Notes under the pieces: generated by a model
What the model was told of the DNA's origin: nothing
Databases searched by the model: none
The model's input: only the letters and a program-made list of their open reading frames with translations
Part shown: positions 17,229 through 26,487 of the stretch, in pieces
Layout of the letters: each line of letters opens with the position of its first letter
Position numbering within the stretch: the stretch's first letter is position 1
Translations under genes and position numbers: made by a program
Assembly: GCA_035552175.1 (NCBI GenBank)
Contig: DASZLW010000098.1
Coordinates: forward strand, 1 to 33,687
Length of the DNA: 33,687 nt
From: Gaiellaceae bacterium
GTDB lineage: Bacteria > Actinomycetota > Thermoleophilia > Gaiellales > Gaiellaceae
Direction of reading: 5' to 3'

Positions 17229-18356
17229 GGCCGGGGGCTCGCCGTGGTCCACGACCATGAGGTGGCCGGGCTCGACGGGCGGCCGCTCGATCTCGAGGCC
17301 GGCGAGCCGGCGGGCAGCCGCTTCGGGCTCGACGTCGTCGAGGAAGAGCCCGAGCCCGGTCTCGCTGCTCGCCCGGATCTTGACCTGCTGCGAGCTCCGG
17401 TTGAGCGGATAGAGCTCGAAGCAGAGGTGCCAGTCAGGCTGATCGCGCGGCGCTTCCTGGGCGACCATCATGTAGGGGGCGGGGAAGCCGAGGAGCGCGT
17501 CGAGGCGTCGGACGGCCTCGTCCAGGGCGACGATCAGGTCGATCTGCTCCGACGGCTCGAGGTCGCCGAGCCGGCCGGCACCGTGCCGCCTGGCGCGCAC
17601 GGCGAGCTGGTAGGGCCAGCGAGGCGCGAACGGGACCGAGACGACGAAGCCGGCGTTCGCGGCGATCAACCGGGGCGACAGCTCATCCGTCCCGACGGCG
17701 GCGCAGGAGAGGCACTCGCCTCGTCCACGGGCTCGATGATGCGCCTCGGCTTTGGCGGCGATCACCGGCGGGATGTGATCGACCGCGTAGATCTGGCCGT
17801 GGGGATGGGAGATCGTCGCGCCCACCGCCGCGCCCCGGTTCTCGAAGATCGAGACGTACGCGTGCGCCGGATCGGCCCAGAGCTCGCGGGACCGGTCGGT
17901 CCAGACGGCGAGCACGCGGCCGAGCTCGGTCGGCGACAGATCGCCGAAGCTGGCGTCGTGGCGTTCGGTGTACAGCACGATCTCCGCGCGGCCGCGGGCA
18001 GGACCGGTCGGTCCCTCGAGCGAGGGCGGCGGCGGCGGGTCGGGCCGAAGCGGCGGGAACCGGTTGTCGAACACCGCCGCGTCGTACGGAAACGGCACCT
18101 CGAACCCGCCCGGGCAGAACGGGCAACGGGCGCCGTCGGGGGCCGGGCCGCTCTCGGCGGGCCGCACGTTACGGGCCGGCGAGATCACGACCCAGCTCCC
18201 GGTGAACACGTCGAGCCGCCTGTGCACCCCCACGGTCTCTACCTCGGCGTCGGCTTTCCGGTCGGGGAGGCGCCCCCTCAGCGGGCCGTAGACGAGCAGG
18301 CGCCGCCCGTCGGAATGTCGGAGCTCGTGCCGCTCGAGCGAGAGCGGGACGCTCAT
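17226..18356 (-). CDS. galT: Galactose-1-phosphate uridylyltransferase
   Basis: Track ORF 17226..18410 trimmed to ATG 18356 (MSVPLSLERHEL), which forms an ATGA overlap with the galK stop. Motifs: zinc motif RCPFCPGG and HIT-type active site ISHPHGQIYA. Confidence 0.85.
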   Translation of the reverse strand: MSVPLSLERHELRHSDGRRLLVYGPLRGRLPDRKADAEVETVGVHRRLDVFTGSWVVISPARNVRPAESGPAPDGARCPFCPGGFEVPFPYDAAVFDNRFPPLRPDPPPPPSLEGPTGPARGRAEIVLYTERHDASFGDLSPTELGRVLAVWTDRSRELWADPAHAYVSIFENRGAAVGATISHPHGQIYAVDHIPPVIAAKAEAHHRARGRGECLSCAAVGTDELSPRLIAANAGFVVSVPFAPRWPYQLAVRARRHGAGRLGDLEPSEQIDLIVALDEAVRRLDALLGFPAPYMMVAQEAPRDQPDWHLCFELYPLNRSSQQVKIRASSETGLGLFLDDVEPEAAARRLAGLEIERPPVEPGHLMVVDHGEPPA

Positions 18357-19477
18357 CCGGACACCAGGCCGGCTCGCGACGCGGCGGCCGCGCCGTCGAC
18401 GGTCGGGCACACGAGGGCGGTTCCCTTCCGCCGGGCTCGGGCCTCGTAGGCCTGGCTGACGGAGGCGGCGAACGCCTCGGCGCGCGATGACTCGGAGAGG
18501 GCGAGCACCGAGCCGCCGAATCCGCCGCCCGTCAACCGGGCGCCGATCGCGCCGTTCTCGTAGGCGAGGTCGACGAGCAGGTCGAGCTCGGGGGTCGAGA
18601 CCTCGTAGTCGTCACGCAGGCTCTGGTGGCTCGCGCGCATGAGCTCGCCGATCCGACGGCCGTCTGCTCCACCGGGCGACTCGAGGGCACGGACGAGATC
18701 GCGAACCCGCTCGTTCTCCGACACGACGTGCCGGAGCCGGCGGGTCGCGAGCTCGTCGAGCCCCCGGCCGCGCGAGGCCGCCATGGCCTCGTCAAGCGTG
18801 AGCTCCGAGGGAAGCCTCCCCTCGAGCGCGACAAGCGCTCGTTCGAGCTCGGCGCGCCGGGTCGCATACCCCGAGCTGGCGTTCGAGTGCCGGACGCCGG
18901 AGTCGAAGACGACGATCGCCGCCTCTTCGGGGAGGCGAACGAGACTCCACTGCTCCGTCGTACAGTCGAGGAGCAGGGCGTGCCCGCGGACGGAGAGCAG
19001 CGACGCAGCCGGATCCATCAGCCCGCACGGGACGCCGAGGGCGTCGTTCTCGGCATCGCGCGCGAGCCGAGCCAGCGCGAGCGGCGAGAGCTCGAAGCCG
19101 GCCGCCCGGCACAGAGCGAGGCCGACCGCGACCGTGAGCGCCGCCGACGACGAGAGCCCGGCTCCGATCGGAACGGTCGAAGCGATCGTCCCTTCGATCC
19201 CGACCGGAGCTCGTCCCTGCTCGTCGAGAAAGCGCGCGACGGCCGCGATGCAGCGCCCCCAGCCGGGCAGGTCCCCGGTCCCGCTCCCGTCGGGTGCGAG
19301 CTCGACGGATTCCTCGAGCGCCAGCGAACGGAGCGCGATGCGGTCCGGTGCAACCGAGCCGCTGATCGTGACGCCGAGGGCGATCGCGGCGGGAAGCACC
19401 AGGCCTCCCGAGTAGTCCGTGTGCTCCCCGATGAGGTTCACACGGCCGGGCGCAAAGATCGCGTAGGTCGGTCCCAT
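18353..19477 (-). CDS. galK: Galactokinase
   Basis: Motifs: galactokinase signature APGRVNLIGEHTDYSGG, GHMP motif PIGAGLSSSAALTVAV, C-terminal LTGGGFGGS. Confidence 0.9.
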   Translation of the reverse strand: MGPTYAIFAPGRVNLIGEHTDYSGGLVLPAAIALGVTISGSVAPDRIALRSLALEESVELAPDGSGTGDLPGWGRCIAAVARFLDEQGRAPVGIEGTIASTVPIGAGLSSSAALTVAVGLALCRAAGFELSPLALARLARDAENDALGVPCGLMDPAASLLSVRGHALLLDCTTEQWSLVRLPEEAAIVVFDSGVRHSNASSGYATRRAELERALVALEGRLPSELTLDEAMAASRGRGLDELATRRLRHVVSENERVRDLVRALESPGGADGRRIGELMRASHQSLRDDYEVSTPELDLLVDLAYENGAIGARLTGGGFGGSVLALSESSRAEAFAASVSQAYEARARRKGTALVCPTVDGAAAASRAGLVSG

Positions 19478-19597
19478 CGCGCCCTATCGTTCCACGCGCC
19501 GAGGGCATCCGGCCGGCCGCTCAGCGGTAGGTCGAGGCGGCATGCCCGCGCGGCCCTCCTGCCGAAGGCGATCGGTTCTCCCCTGGAGCACGGCTTC

Positions 19598-20386
19598 TCA
19601 CGCGTGTTTACTCGCAGCGACCGAGACGCTCTCGATGCCGTAGGTGTTGCAGGCGTCCAGGGCGCGATCGGAGACGAACTCGTAGCTGTTCTTGCGCACC
19701 GTCTCGGCGTGGAAGCCGGCTGCTTCGATCGCGTGGAGGTAGCTGTCGAGTGGAATGGCGCCCGCGATGCAGGCAGCCCATAGCTCGACCTTGCGCCGGG
19801 TGTTCTCTTTGAGCGGCCTGGCGCTCACGATGTCGGCAAGGACGAGTCGACCGCCGGGCCGGAGCACGCGCGCGGCTTCGCGGAAGACTCGGTCCTTCAC
19901 GGGTGAGAGGTTGACGACGCCGTTGGAGACGACTGCGTCGAAGGAGCCGTCGGCGAACGGCAGGGTGTCGATGCTCGCGTTCACGAAGGAGACGCGGGCG
20001 AAGCCGGAGGAGTCGCAGAGGGCTGTCGCCTTGTCGATCTGCTCGTCGGTGAAGTCGATCCCGACGACCCGTCCGTTCTCGCCGACCTGCACGGCTGCGC
20101 AGAAGGCGTCCGTACCGGTGCCCGAGCCGAGATCGAGCACGTGGTCGCCGGGGGCGAGTGCGGCGAGGTCGAGGTGATAGCCGACGCCTGCGAAGGATGC
20201 GAGCGCGGCGGCCGGGATGGCGTCGAGCAGCGTCGCCGGGTAGCCGCAGCGGATGGCGACCGCACGACCGATCTCGAAGTGCAGGTCGGCGGACTCGTTG
20301 CGTGCGACCCGGCGGTACATGTCCTTGACGTGACGCTCGAGCGCTCCTCGATCGACCAGCGTCGTTGCGTCGCTTTGCGCGTTCAT
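19598..20386 (-). CDS. ArsM-like class I SAM-dependent methyltransferase
   Basis: Track ORF 19598..20572 trimmed to ATG 20386 (MNAQSD...), which is preceded by a GGAGAGAAGC SD. SAM motif I is VLDLGSGTGTDA. ArsM-like contexts RCGYP and LWAACIAGA are present, but the SNC(V/I)xNL cysteine reads VSNGVVNLS. Confidence 0.75.
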   Translation of the reverse strand: MNAQSDATTLVDRGALERHVKDMYRRVARNESADLHFEIGRAVAIRCGYPATLLDAIPAAALASFAGVGYHLDLAALAPGDHVLDLGSGTGTDAFCAAVQVGENGRVVGIDFTDEQIDKATALCDSSGFARVSFVNASIDTLPFADGSFDAVVSNGVVNLSPVKDRVFREAARVLRPGGRLVLADIVSARPLKENTRRKVELWAACIAGAIPLDSYLHAIEAAGFHAETVRKNSYEFVSDRALDACNTYGIESVSVAASKHA

Positions 20387-20456
20387 GCTTCTCTCCATTC
20401 TCGGTTCGAGTTGATTGCGGACGTCGTCCTTCGCTCGTCGTGGTGTCGAACCGGCT

Positions 20457-21266
20457 TCAATGCGTGCGCGCGACCGCCTCGAGGTAGGTCGCGGGGATCG
20501 CCGTGGCGCCGCTGCCGAGGCGGTCGAACCGCTCGACCAGCGCGACGATGTCCGCCTCGAGCTTGCTCGCACCGTCGGCGTCGAGGGCGGCGAACGCCTT
20601 CACGGTCGGGCCGTACCAGGTGCGGAAGAACGTGACGAAGTCCTCGGGCGAGGCGAACCGGAACGTGAACGTGCGCTCGACGACCTCCAGCCACGCGAGC
20701 CGGTCGCCGATCAGGTCACGCAGGTGCGCCTCGGTTCCCCATCGGAGGGGCGAGACGACACCGGGCGGGGGCGCGACGTGCGCTCCCACGGTGTGGAACA
20801 GTTCGCCGATGAACCCGTCCGGAGTCCAGTTCGCGAGCGCGATCGTCCCGCCGGGCCGCGCGACACGCACCAGTTCGGCTGCGGCGCGCTCGTGGTCGGG
20901 CGCGAACATGCAGCCGAAGACCGAGGTGACGGCGTCGAATGCGCCGTCCGCGAACGGCAGCGCTTCAGCGTCGCCCTCGATCAGCTCGACCTGGAGCCCC
21001 TCGGCTGCGGCGCGAGCGCGACCGCGCTCGAGCAGCGACGGGACGTAGTCGACGCCGACGGCGATGCAGCCGTGGCGGGCGGCGGCGATAGCCGCGTTCC
21101 CGCTGCCGGTCGCGACGTCGAGCACGCGCCATCCCGCGTGAAGGTCGGCGGCGTCGCAGAGCTGTTCCGCGACGAGGACGATCCTCGCCGCGACGACCCC
21201 GAAATCTCCGCTCGACCATGTTTCGCGTTGACGTGTCTTGATTGCCGTCAGGTCTGTGTGAAGCAT
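20457..21266 (-). CDS. Class I SAM-dependent methyltransferase (Methyltransf_11-like)
   Basis: Track ORF 20457..21401 trimmed to ATG 21266 (MLHTDLTAIK...), which is preceded by an AAGGAGGA SD. Motif I is VLDVATGSGNAA. FDAVTSVFGCMF and RPGGTIALANW are also present. Confidence 0.8.
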   Translation of the reverse strand: MLHTDLTAIKTRQRETWSSGDFGVVAARIVLVAEQLCDAADLHAGWRVLDVATGSGNAAIAAARHGCIAVGVDYVPSLLERGRARAAAEGLQVELIEGDAEALPFADGAFDAVTSVFGCMFAPDHERAAAELVRVARPGGTIALANWTPDGFIGELFHTVGAHVAPPPGVVSPLRWGTEAHLRDLIGDRLAWLEVVERTFTFRFASPEDFVTFFRTWYGPTVKAFAALDADGASKLEADIVALVERFDRLGSGATAIPATYLEAVARTH

Positions 21267-21432
21267 CTCGTCCTCCTTGGCTCTCTCCTCGCACGAGTCA
21301 GTTCGTGCGTCTCCCGACTGTAGGAGCGAGGGTCGCGGCGAGCGTCGGCGGCAACTACCCAACTTTTGGGCTGCGATACCTAACTTCGGCGCCGGCTTCA
21401 CGGAGCGCGAAGTCGCGGTCTATCGTTGCTTC

Positions 21433-23988
21433 GTGGATCTCCTGGAACGCGAAGCCGCGCTCGCGACGCTCACGGACGCGCGCGACGCCGCCGCGCAGGG
21501 TCACGGCTCGGTCGTCGTCGTCAGCGGTGAGCCGGGCATCGGCAAGACGGCCCTCGTGACGCAGTTCGTCGGCAGCCTTCCGTCCCAGGGTCGGGCGCTC
21601 GTCGGAGCGTGCGACGACCTCTCGGTACCGCGTCCCCTCGGGCCTGTCCGCGACCTCGTCGGCGCGGTCTCCGGGGCCCTCGAACGTGCGCTTGCGACGT
21701 CGGAGCCGCCGCATGTCATCCAGGGCCTGCTGCTCGAGGAGCTTGCGGCCCCGCCGCGACCGACGGTGCTCGTCGTCGAAGATGTGCACTGGGCCGACGA
21801 CGCGACACTCGATTCGCTCGCTGTCGTGGCTCGGCGCATCGCCTCTCTGCCTGCGCTGCTCGTCGTCACGATGCGCCCGGGCGAGGCCCGTTCCGGCTCG
21901 GCGCTCGACGCCGCTCTCGCCCACGCCCGGTTCGTCGAGCTCGAGCCGCTCTCGGAGGCGGGAGTGGCCACCCTCGCGGGGAAGGATGGGAGCGAGGTCC
22001 ACGCCGCGAGCGGCGGCAACCCGTTCTACGTCACGGAGCTGCTCGCCGTCGGCGCCGCGGACGAGCTGCCGCGGACGGTTTCGACCGCTGTTCTCGGACA
22101 CGCCGCACGACTCGATATCGCCTCGCAACAGCTTGTCGAGCTGGTTTCGGTCGTGCCGTCGCGCGTCCGCACGTCGGTGCTCGACGCGGTTGTTCCCGAT
22201 TGGCCGGCCGCCGCGGAGGAACCGGAGCGCCGCCTGCTGCTCCGCGTCAGCTCGACGCACGTGCACTTCAAGCACGAGCTGGCCCGAAACGCGATCCGGT
22301 CGAACCTCCCGATCGCGCGACGCCGCACCCTGCATGCGCAGATCCTCGCCGCGCTGCTCGCCGCGGACGGCGATCCCTCCGACATCGTGCACCATGCGGA
22401 AGCTGCGGGCGACGTCGACGTCGTCGCCGATCACGTGCTGATCGCTGCGCGCCGCGCCGCCGCGCTCGAGTCGAACCGGGAGGCCTACTCCCACTACCGA
22501 CGTGCCACCGCGTTCCTCGACCGCCAAGACCCTGGTGATCGCGCCGCGGTGCTCGAGGAGCTGGCGACGACCGCGTACCTCGTCGGGCACCTCGACGACG
22601 CACTCGACGCGATCAAGGCCGCGATCGGGATCCACGACGACCTGGGAGATCAGGCCGCGCTCGGGCGCTGCTTGCGCATGCTCTCGCGCTACAGGTGGTT
22701 TGCCGGCGACGGCGAGCTCGCATGGGAAAAAGCGCTGGAGGCGGTCGCGATCCTCGAGCCCCTCGGCGAGAGTGCCGAGCTCGCGCGTGCATACAGCGAG
22801 CTCTCCCAACTGGCGATGCTCGCCGACAACGACGACGAGACGCGCGCCTGGGGACAACGGGCGCTCGAGCTCTCGTCGAAGTTCGGCGACGAGGCGACGC
22901 GTTCGCACACCTGCGTCAACCTGGCGATGATGGAGCCTCATCTCGACGGCCGCGATGTAGCCGCCCTGCGCGAGGCGCACGACCTCGCGCGGACAGCAGG
23001 CGAATCGCACGAAGCGTCGCGAGCGCTGACGAACCTCGCCTTCCTTCTGATGTCGTGGGTCGAGCCCGAGCATGCGATCGCCGCCATCCGCGATGCGCGC
23101 GCGTTCGCGGAGCAGCACGAGGAGCAGCAGTTCATCGCCTACGTGGCCATTGCCGAGGCCTGGTTGCAGCTGCGAACGGGCGCGTGGGACGAGGCCGAGG
23201 AGATCGCGAAGAGCGAGATCGAGTGCGGGACCAGCGTCATCCAGCTGGTCGCGAAGACGCTCCTCGCAGAAAGCGCAGTCCGTCAGGGTCACGCCGACGC
23301 GGCGGAGCGTCTCGCGGACGTCGTCGCGCAGGCCGGCCGAACCAACGAGCCGCAACGGATCATCCCGGTGCTCGAGCTGCAGATCGAGCACGCGCTGCTC
23401 GAAGGTGCCGCTCTCCCGGAGCACCTGATCGAGCGGACGATCGAGGGCTTCCGCGCGTACGGACGCTGCCGCGGCTGGCTCGCCGCTCGCGCCGTCGCCT
23501 GGGCGAGGGTTGCCGGCGTCGCCGTCCCGTTCGAGGGCCCGATGCCGGCCCCCCACGCTGCGATGTTCGTCGGAGATTGGCGGGGAGCCGCCGACGCGTT
23601 CGGCGACATCGGCTGGCGCTACGACCGTGGTCTCATGCTGTCGCTCCTCGACGACGAGCCGGCACTCACCGAAGCCGTGGCGATCGCGCGCGACCTCGGA
23701 GCACAGCCGCTCCTGTCGCGCGCCGCAGGCCGACTGCGCGAGCTCGGGCTACGCGTCCCGCAGGGGCCGCGGCAAGCAACGCGCGCGAACCCGGCCGGGC
23801 TGACGACCCGGCAGCTCGACGTCCTCAACCTCCTCGGCGAAGGCCTCACGAACGCCCAGATCGCCGAGCGCCTCGTCGTGTCGCCGCGGACAGTGGAGCA
23901 CCACGTCGCGGCGGTCCTCACCAAGCTCGGCGCGCGGACACGGCGTGAGGCAGGACGCCGTGCCGCGGAATACCAGCCGGCCGGATAG
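21433..23988 (+). CDS. Large ATP-binding LuxR-family regulator (LAL/MalT-like: AAA ATPase + TPR-like repeats + LuxR HTH)
   Basis: Motifs: Walker A GEPGIGKTALV, Walker B LVVEDVHWADDATL, a long helical repeat region, and the C-terminal HTH LTTRQLDVLNLLGEGLTNAQIAERLVVSPRTVEHHVAAVLTKLG. The track start TTG 21277 would leave only 10 bp to the divergent gene. GTG 21433 (VDLLEREAALATL) leaves a 166-bp control region and gives a typical LAL N-terminus. Confidence 0.85.
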   Translation: MDLLEREAALATLTDARDAAAQGHGSVVVVSGEPGIGKTALVTQFVGSLPSQGRALVGACDDLSVPRPLGPVRDLVGAVSGALERALATSEPPHVIQGLLLEELAAPPRPTVLVVEDVHWADDATLDSLAVVARRIASLPALLVVTMRPGEARSGSALDAALAHARFVELEPLSEAGVATLAGKDGSEVHAASGGNPFYVTELLAVGAADELPRTVSTAVLGHAARLDIASQQLVELVSVVPSRVRTSVLDAVVPDWPAAAEEPERRLLLRVSSTHVHFKHELARNAIRSNLPIARRRTLHAQILAALLAADGDPSDIVHHAEAAGDVDVVADHVLIAARRAAALESNREAYSHYRRATAFLDRQDPGDRAAVLEELATTAYLVGHLDDALDAIKAAIGIHDDLGDQAALGRCLRMLSRYRWFAGDGELAWEKALEAVAILEPLGESAELARAYSELSQLAMLADNDDETRAWGQRALELSSKFGDEATRSHTCVNLAMMEPHLDGRDVAALREAHDLARTAGESHEASRALTNLAFLLMSWVEPEHAIAAIRDARAFAEQHEEQQFIAYVAIAEAWLQLRTGAWDEAEEIAKSEIECGTSVIQLVAKTLLAESAVRQGHADAAERLADVVAQAGRTNEPQRIIPVLELQIEHALLEGAALPEHLIERTIEGFRAYGRCRGWLAARAVAWARVAGVAVPFEGPMPAPHAAMFVGDWRGAADAFGDIGWRYDRGLMLSLLDDEPALTEAVAIARDLGAQPLLSRAAGRLRELGLRVPQGPRQATRANPAGLTTRQLDVLNLLGEGLTNAQIAERLVVSPRTVEHHVAAVLTKLGARTRREAGRRAAEYQPAG

Positions 23989-23998
23989 GCGGGGTGAC

Positions 23999-24391
23999 CT
24001 AGCCAACCCGCTCTGCGAGTTCGCCGATGATTCCCTCCAGGCCGCGGACGCAGCAGAGCCGGTAGGTGTCCTCGTAGTTCTCGACCTCGCCGACGAGCTC
24101 TGCCCCGCCCGATTGCAGGTCGGCGAGGACGGCCTCGATGTCGTCGACCGCGAAAGCGAGATGGCGGATGCCCGGTGTGTTCGCCGGCGCATGCTGGTCG
24201 TCGCCCGGGTGCGACGGCGAGTGGAACTTGATCAGTCGAGCTGCCCGTGACCGTCCGGCGGTTTGAACGAACGCAAACTCCGTTCGTACGCCCTCGGGCC
24301 CACGATGCGATCCACCCAACGGCCCTCGACCGCTCGCTTGCCTCGCAGCTCGAGTCCGTCGAGCGCCCCGGAGGTCAGACGCTCGAGGCAA
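23999..24391 (-). pseudogene. VOC/glyoxalase-family gene remnant (C-terminal module intact, N-terminal half disrupted)
   Basis: The open frame gives LIKFHSPSHPGDDQHAPANTPGIRHLAFAVDDIEAVLADLQSGGAELVGEVENYEDTYRL..., a typical second VOC module. Upstream VOC-like segments alternate between two frames: LELRGKRAVEGRWVDRIVG and PDGHGQL in one, EGVRTEFAFVQT and LIKFHSP in the other. The expected first beta-strand region is occupied by the end of the upstream cNMP-binding gene. Confidence 0.5.
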
Positions 24392-25349
24392 GGCGAGCGT
24401 GTGGGCGCAGCGTTTGCCGCAACGTCGCCGTGAGGTCTCGGAGGATCACGTCGAGGAAAACCTCGGCGATGGTGTCCTCCCGCTCGAACAGCTGCATGAA
24501 GGGTTCGTGCGGCAAGACGAGCAGAAGCGCTCGCTCGCGCGTGATTGCGGTGACCGGAGACGGGCGATCGTCGATGAGACCTTCGTAGCCGAACGCCTTT
24601 CCCGGTCCGGCAAGCCCCACGCGGATGCGCCGGTCTCCGCGAACCAGCACCTTCTCGACCGCTCCGTTGATCGTGAGGTAGCAGGCCGCCGATGGCGCCC
24701 CTTCGGTCAGGAGCGTGCGCCCGCGCGGGCACAGCGCATACCTCCCGGACGTCAGGAAGCCCCAGAGCGCCACAGGATCGAACTCGTGGAAGGTCGCCAT
24801 CCGACTCAGGTACTTGCTGTCGGGTGGACCGCGGAACTCGAGGTTTGCAAAGGCCCGTTCCGCATCGTCGTCCTGACGGCCGGGACGCTCGTTGCCGAGG
24901 GTGGCGGCGAGGTGACCGAGCTGATTGCGCAGGCGCATCGTGAACTGCGAAGCGAGCCGCCGCCTCAGGCGGAACGCCGCCGGATCTCGACGCGCGAGCA
25001 ACGCCGCGAAGTCGCGCCGCGCGAGAGCGAGCACCGTCGCCGTGCTCGTGACCCGAACGCTCATCGTGTGCTCGCCGCCATCGAGCAGGCCGATCTCGCC
25101 GACGATCTCGCCTGGACCCGACGTCCCGATCTCCACGAGGCGATCACCGGGGGCGTGAAGCAAGGCTGCGACGTTCCCATCGACGATGAAGACGAGTTCC
25201 CGCGCCCGGTCTCCCTGACGCCAGAGGATCTCGCCCTCTTGCACCGTGCGGCGACGCACCAGGCGCGCAAGCTCCGCCAGGTCAGCTTCGTCTCGGCCTT
25301 CCAGCAGCGGAACGGTCCCGAGAAAGTCGGCGGTCTCGCGGTCAGACAT
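24375..25349 (-). CDS. Tandem cyclic-nucleotide-binding (CAP-effector) domain protein with no output domain
   Basis: Track ORF 24375..25373 (TTG) trimmed to ATG 25349 (MSDRETADFLGTVPLLEG), which overlaps the upstream gene stop by 8 nt (ATGTCTGA). It has two CNB folds. The cassette regions read GEIVGEIGLLDGGEHTMSVRV and GKAFGYEGLIDDRPSPVTAIT. Confidence 0.8.
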   Translation of the reverse strand: MSDRETADFLGTVPLLEGRDEADLAELARLVRRRTVQEGEILWRQGDRARELVFIVDGNVAALLHAPGDRLVEIGTSGPGEIVGEIGLLDGGEHTMSVRVTSTATVLALARRDFAALLARRDPAAFRLRRRLASQFTMRLRNQLGHLAATLGNERPGRQDDDAERAFANLEFRGPPDSKYLSRMATFHEFDPVALWGFLTSGRYALCPRGRTLLTEGAPSAACYLTINGAVEKVLVRGDRRIRVGLAGPGKAFGYEGLIDDRPSPVTAITRERALLLVLPHEPFMQLFEREDTIAEVFLDVILRDLTATLRQTLRPHARLASSV

Positions 25350-26262
25350 CGAGATCGCGCGTCTCGAAGTCAAGCCCGGAGCCCGTGAGCTCTGCGGTCA
25401 GCATCGAGTACTCGGGCACCTCGAGCCAACTCGACTGGTCGGTCGTCAACGGCTCCGAGGCGATGATCACCGAGCGCGGTACGTCGGCCGCTGTCATCTG
25501 CCAGTCACCGTCGCCCTGGTCGTACTGCCCGCCGAGCGCATACCACAGACTCACGAACGGAAGGTCGGTCTCGAGCATCTCGTCCTCCGCGGGGTACCAG
25601 CCGTAGTCGAACGAAAAGCGGGTCGCTACGAGAACGCGGCCGGTGCTGAGAAAGAGGTTGACCGGGGACGACGTTTCAATGCTGTGGGCAGCGCGTACCG
25701 TGCGGAGGATCCGGAGCGCGCGTGCGGTCGCGTCGGCGAGCTCTCGCGTCTCCGGCGTCCCGTACGGGTCGTCCAGTTGCGACAGGATCAGCGCGTAGAT
25801 CCACTCGGAATCGGTTGTCCCTTCGATGCGCTGTGCGAGCTCGGGTCGCACGTGCTCGACGAGGGAGTAGCGCATGCGCGCGAACTGGCGGAGATGGCCG
25901 TTGTGTGCGAGGACGACGCGGGCGCCGGGGAAGCGGAAGGGGTGCAGGTTTGTGTTGGCGACAACCACCTCATCCGAGTAGGTGACTCCGCGAACGTGGG
26001 CGACGAGGCACGTCGGCGCGACCTTGGCGGAAAGAAAGCGCAGATTGCGGTCGAACGACGGGAGCGTCGTGGTCCTGTAGGTGAACGGCTCCTCAGGGTG
26101 GAGGGAGGTTGGATCCCACGCCTGCATGCCGAAGCCGGCCAGGTTGAGAAAGGTGTTCATCATGCGCGGGCTATACGACTGCGCCACGAGACTGTTGTCG
26201 GCGTCAAACAGCAGGTTCCGCACCGGGAGCGGCTCACCGAGATATGCGAGGACGCGGCACAT
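25342..26262 (-). CDS. Class II (Ntn) glutamine amidotransferase-like amidohydrolase, EgtC/YafJ-like
   Basis: 306-aa ORF starting at ATG. Met-Cys2 (MCRVLAYLGEP) provides the Ntn nucleophile. Also present: VAHVRG, LAHNGHL, TTDSEWIY, IIASEPL. The overall pattern resembles EgtC-type gamma-glutamyl amidohydrolases. Confidence 0.8.
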   Translation of the reverse strand: MCRVLAYLGEPLPVRNLLFDADNSLVAQSYSPRMMNTFLNLAGFGMQAWDPTSLHPEEPFTYRTTTLPSFDRNLRFLSAKVAPTCLVAHVRGVTYSDEVVVANTNLHPFRFPGARVVLAHNGHLRQFARMRYSLVEHVRPELAQRIEGTTDSEWIYALILSQLDDPYGTPETRELADATARALRILRTVRAAHSIETSSPVNLFLSTGRVLVATRFSFDYGWYPAEDEMLETDLPFVSLWYALGGQYDQGDGDWQMTAADVPRSVIIASEPLTTDQSSWLEVPEYSMLTAELTGSGLDFETRDLDV

Positions 26263-26313
26263 GCGTCGATGGTAGGGCTAACATGGATCGAATGTCGCTG
26301 TGAGGAGGACCGG

Positions 26314-26487
26314 ATGAAACGATTCGTCTGCAACGATGTGGTACCGGGCTGCACGTTTGTGACGCAGCGCGAGGGCGACGAGGAGCTGTGGGTGGAAATT
26401 GAGTCGCACGCACGTGACACCCACGGGATGGACGAGGTGCCGCCCGAAGTCGCGGAGACGATCCGCGACGTGATCACCGAGGTTTAG
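26314..26487 (+). CDS. DUF1059-family small protein (57 aa)
   Basis: Only the last 58 codons of track ORF 25246..26487 are credible. ATG 26314 is preceded by a [56 protein letters not shown] matches the DUF1059 pattern (xxFxCxDVVPGC...H...HG). Confidence 0.75.
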   Translation: MKRFVCNDVVPGCTFVTQREGDEELWVEIESHARDTHGMDEVPPEVAETIRDVITEV

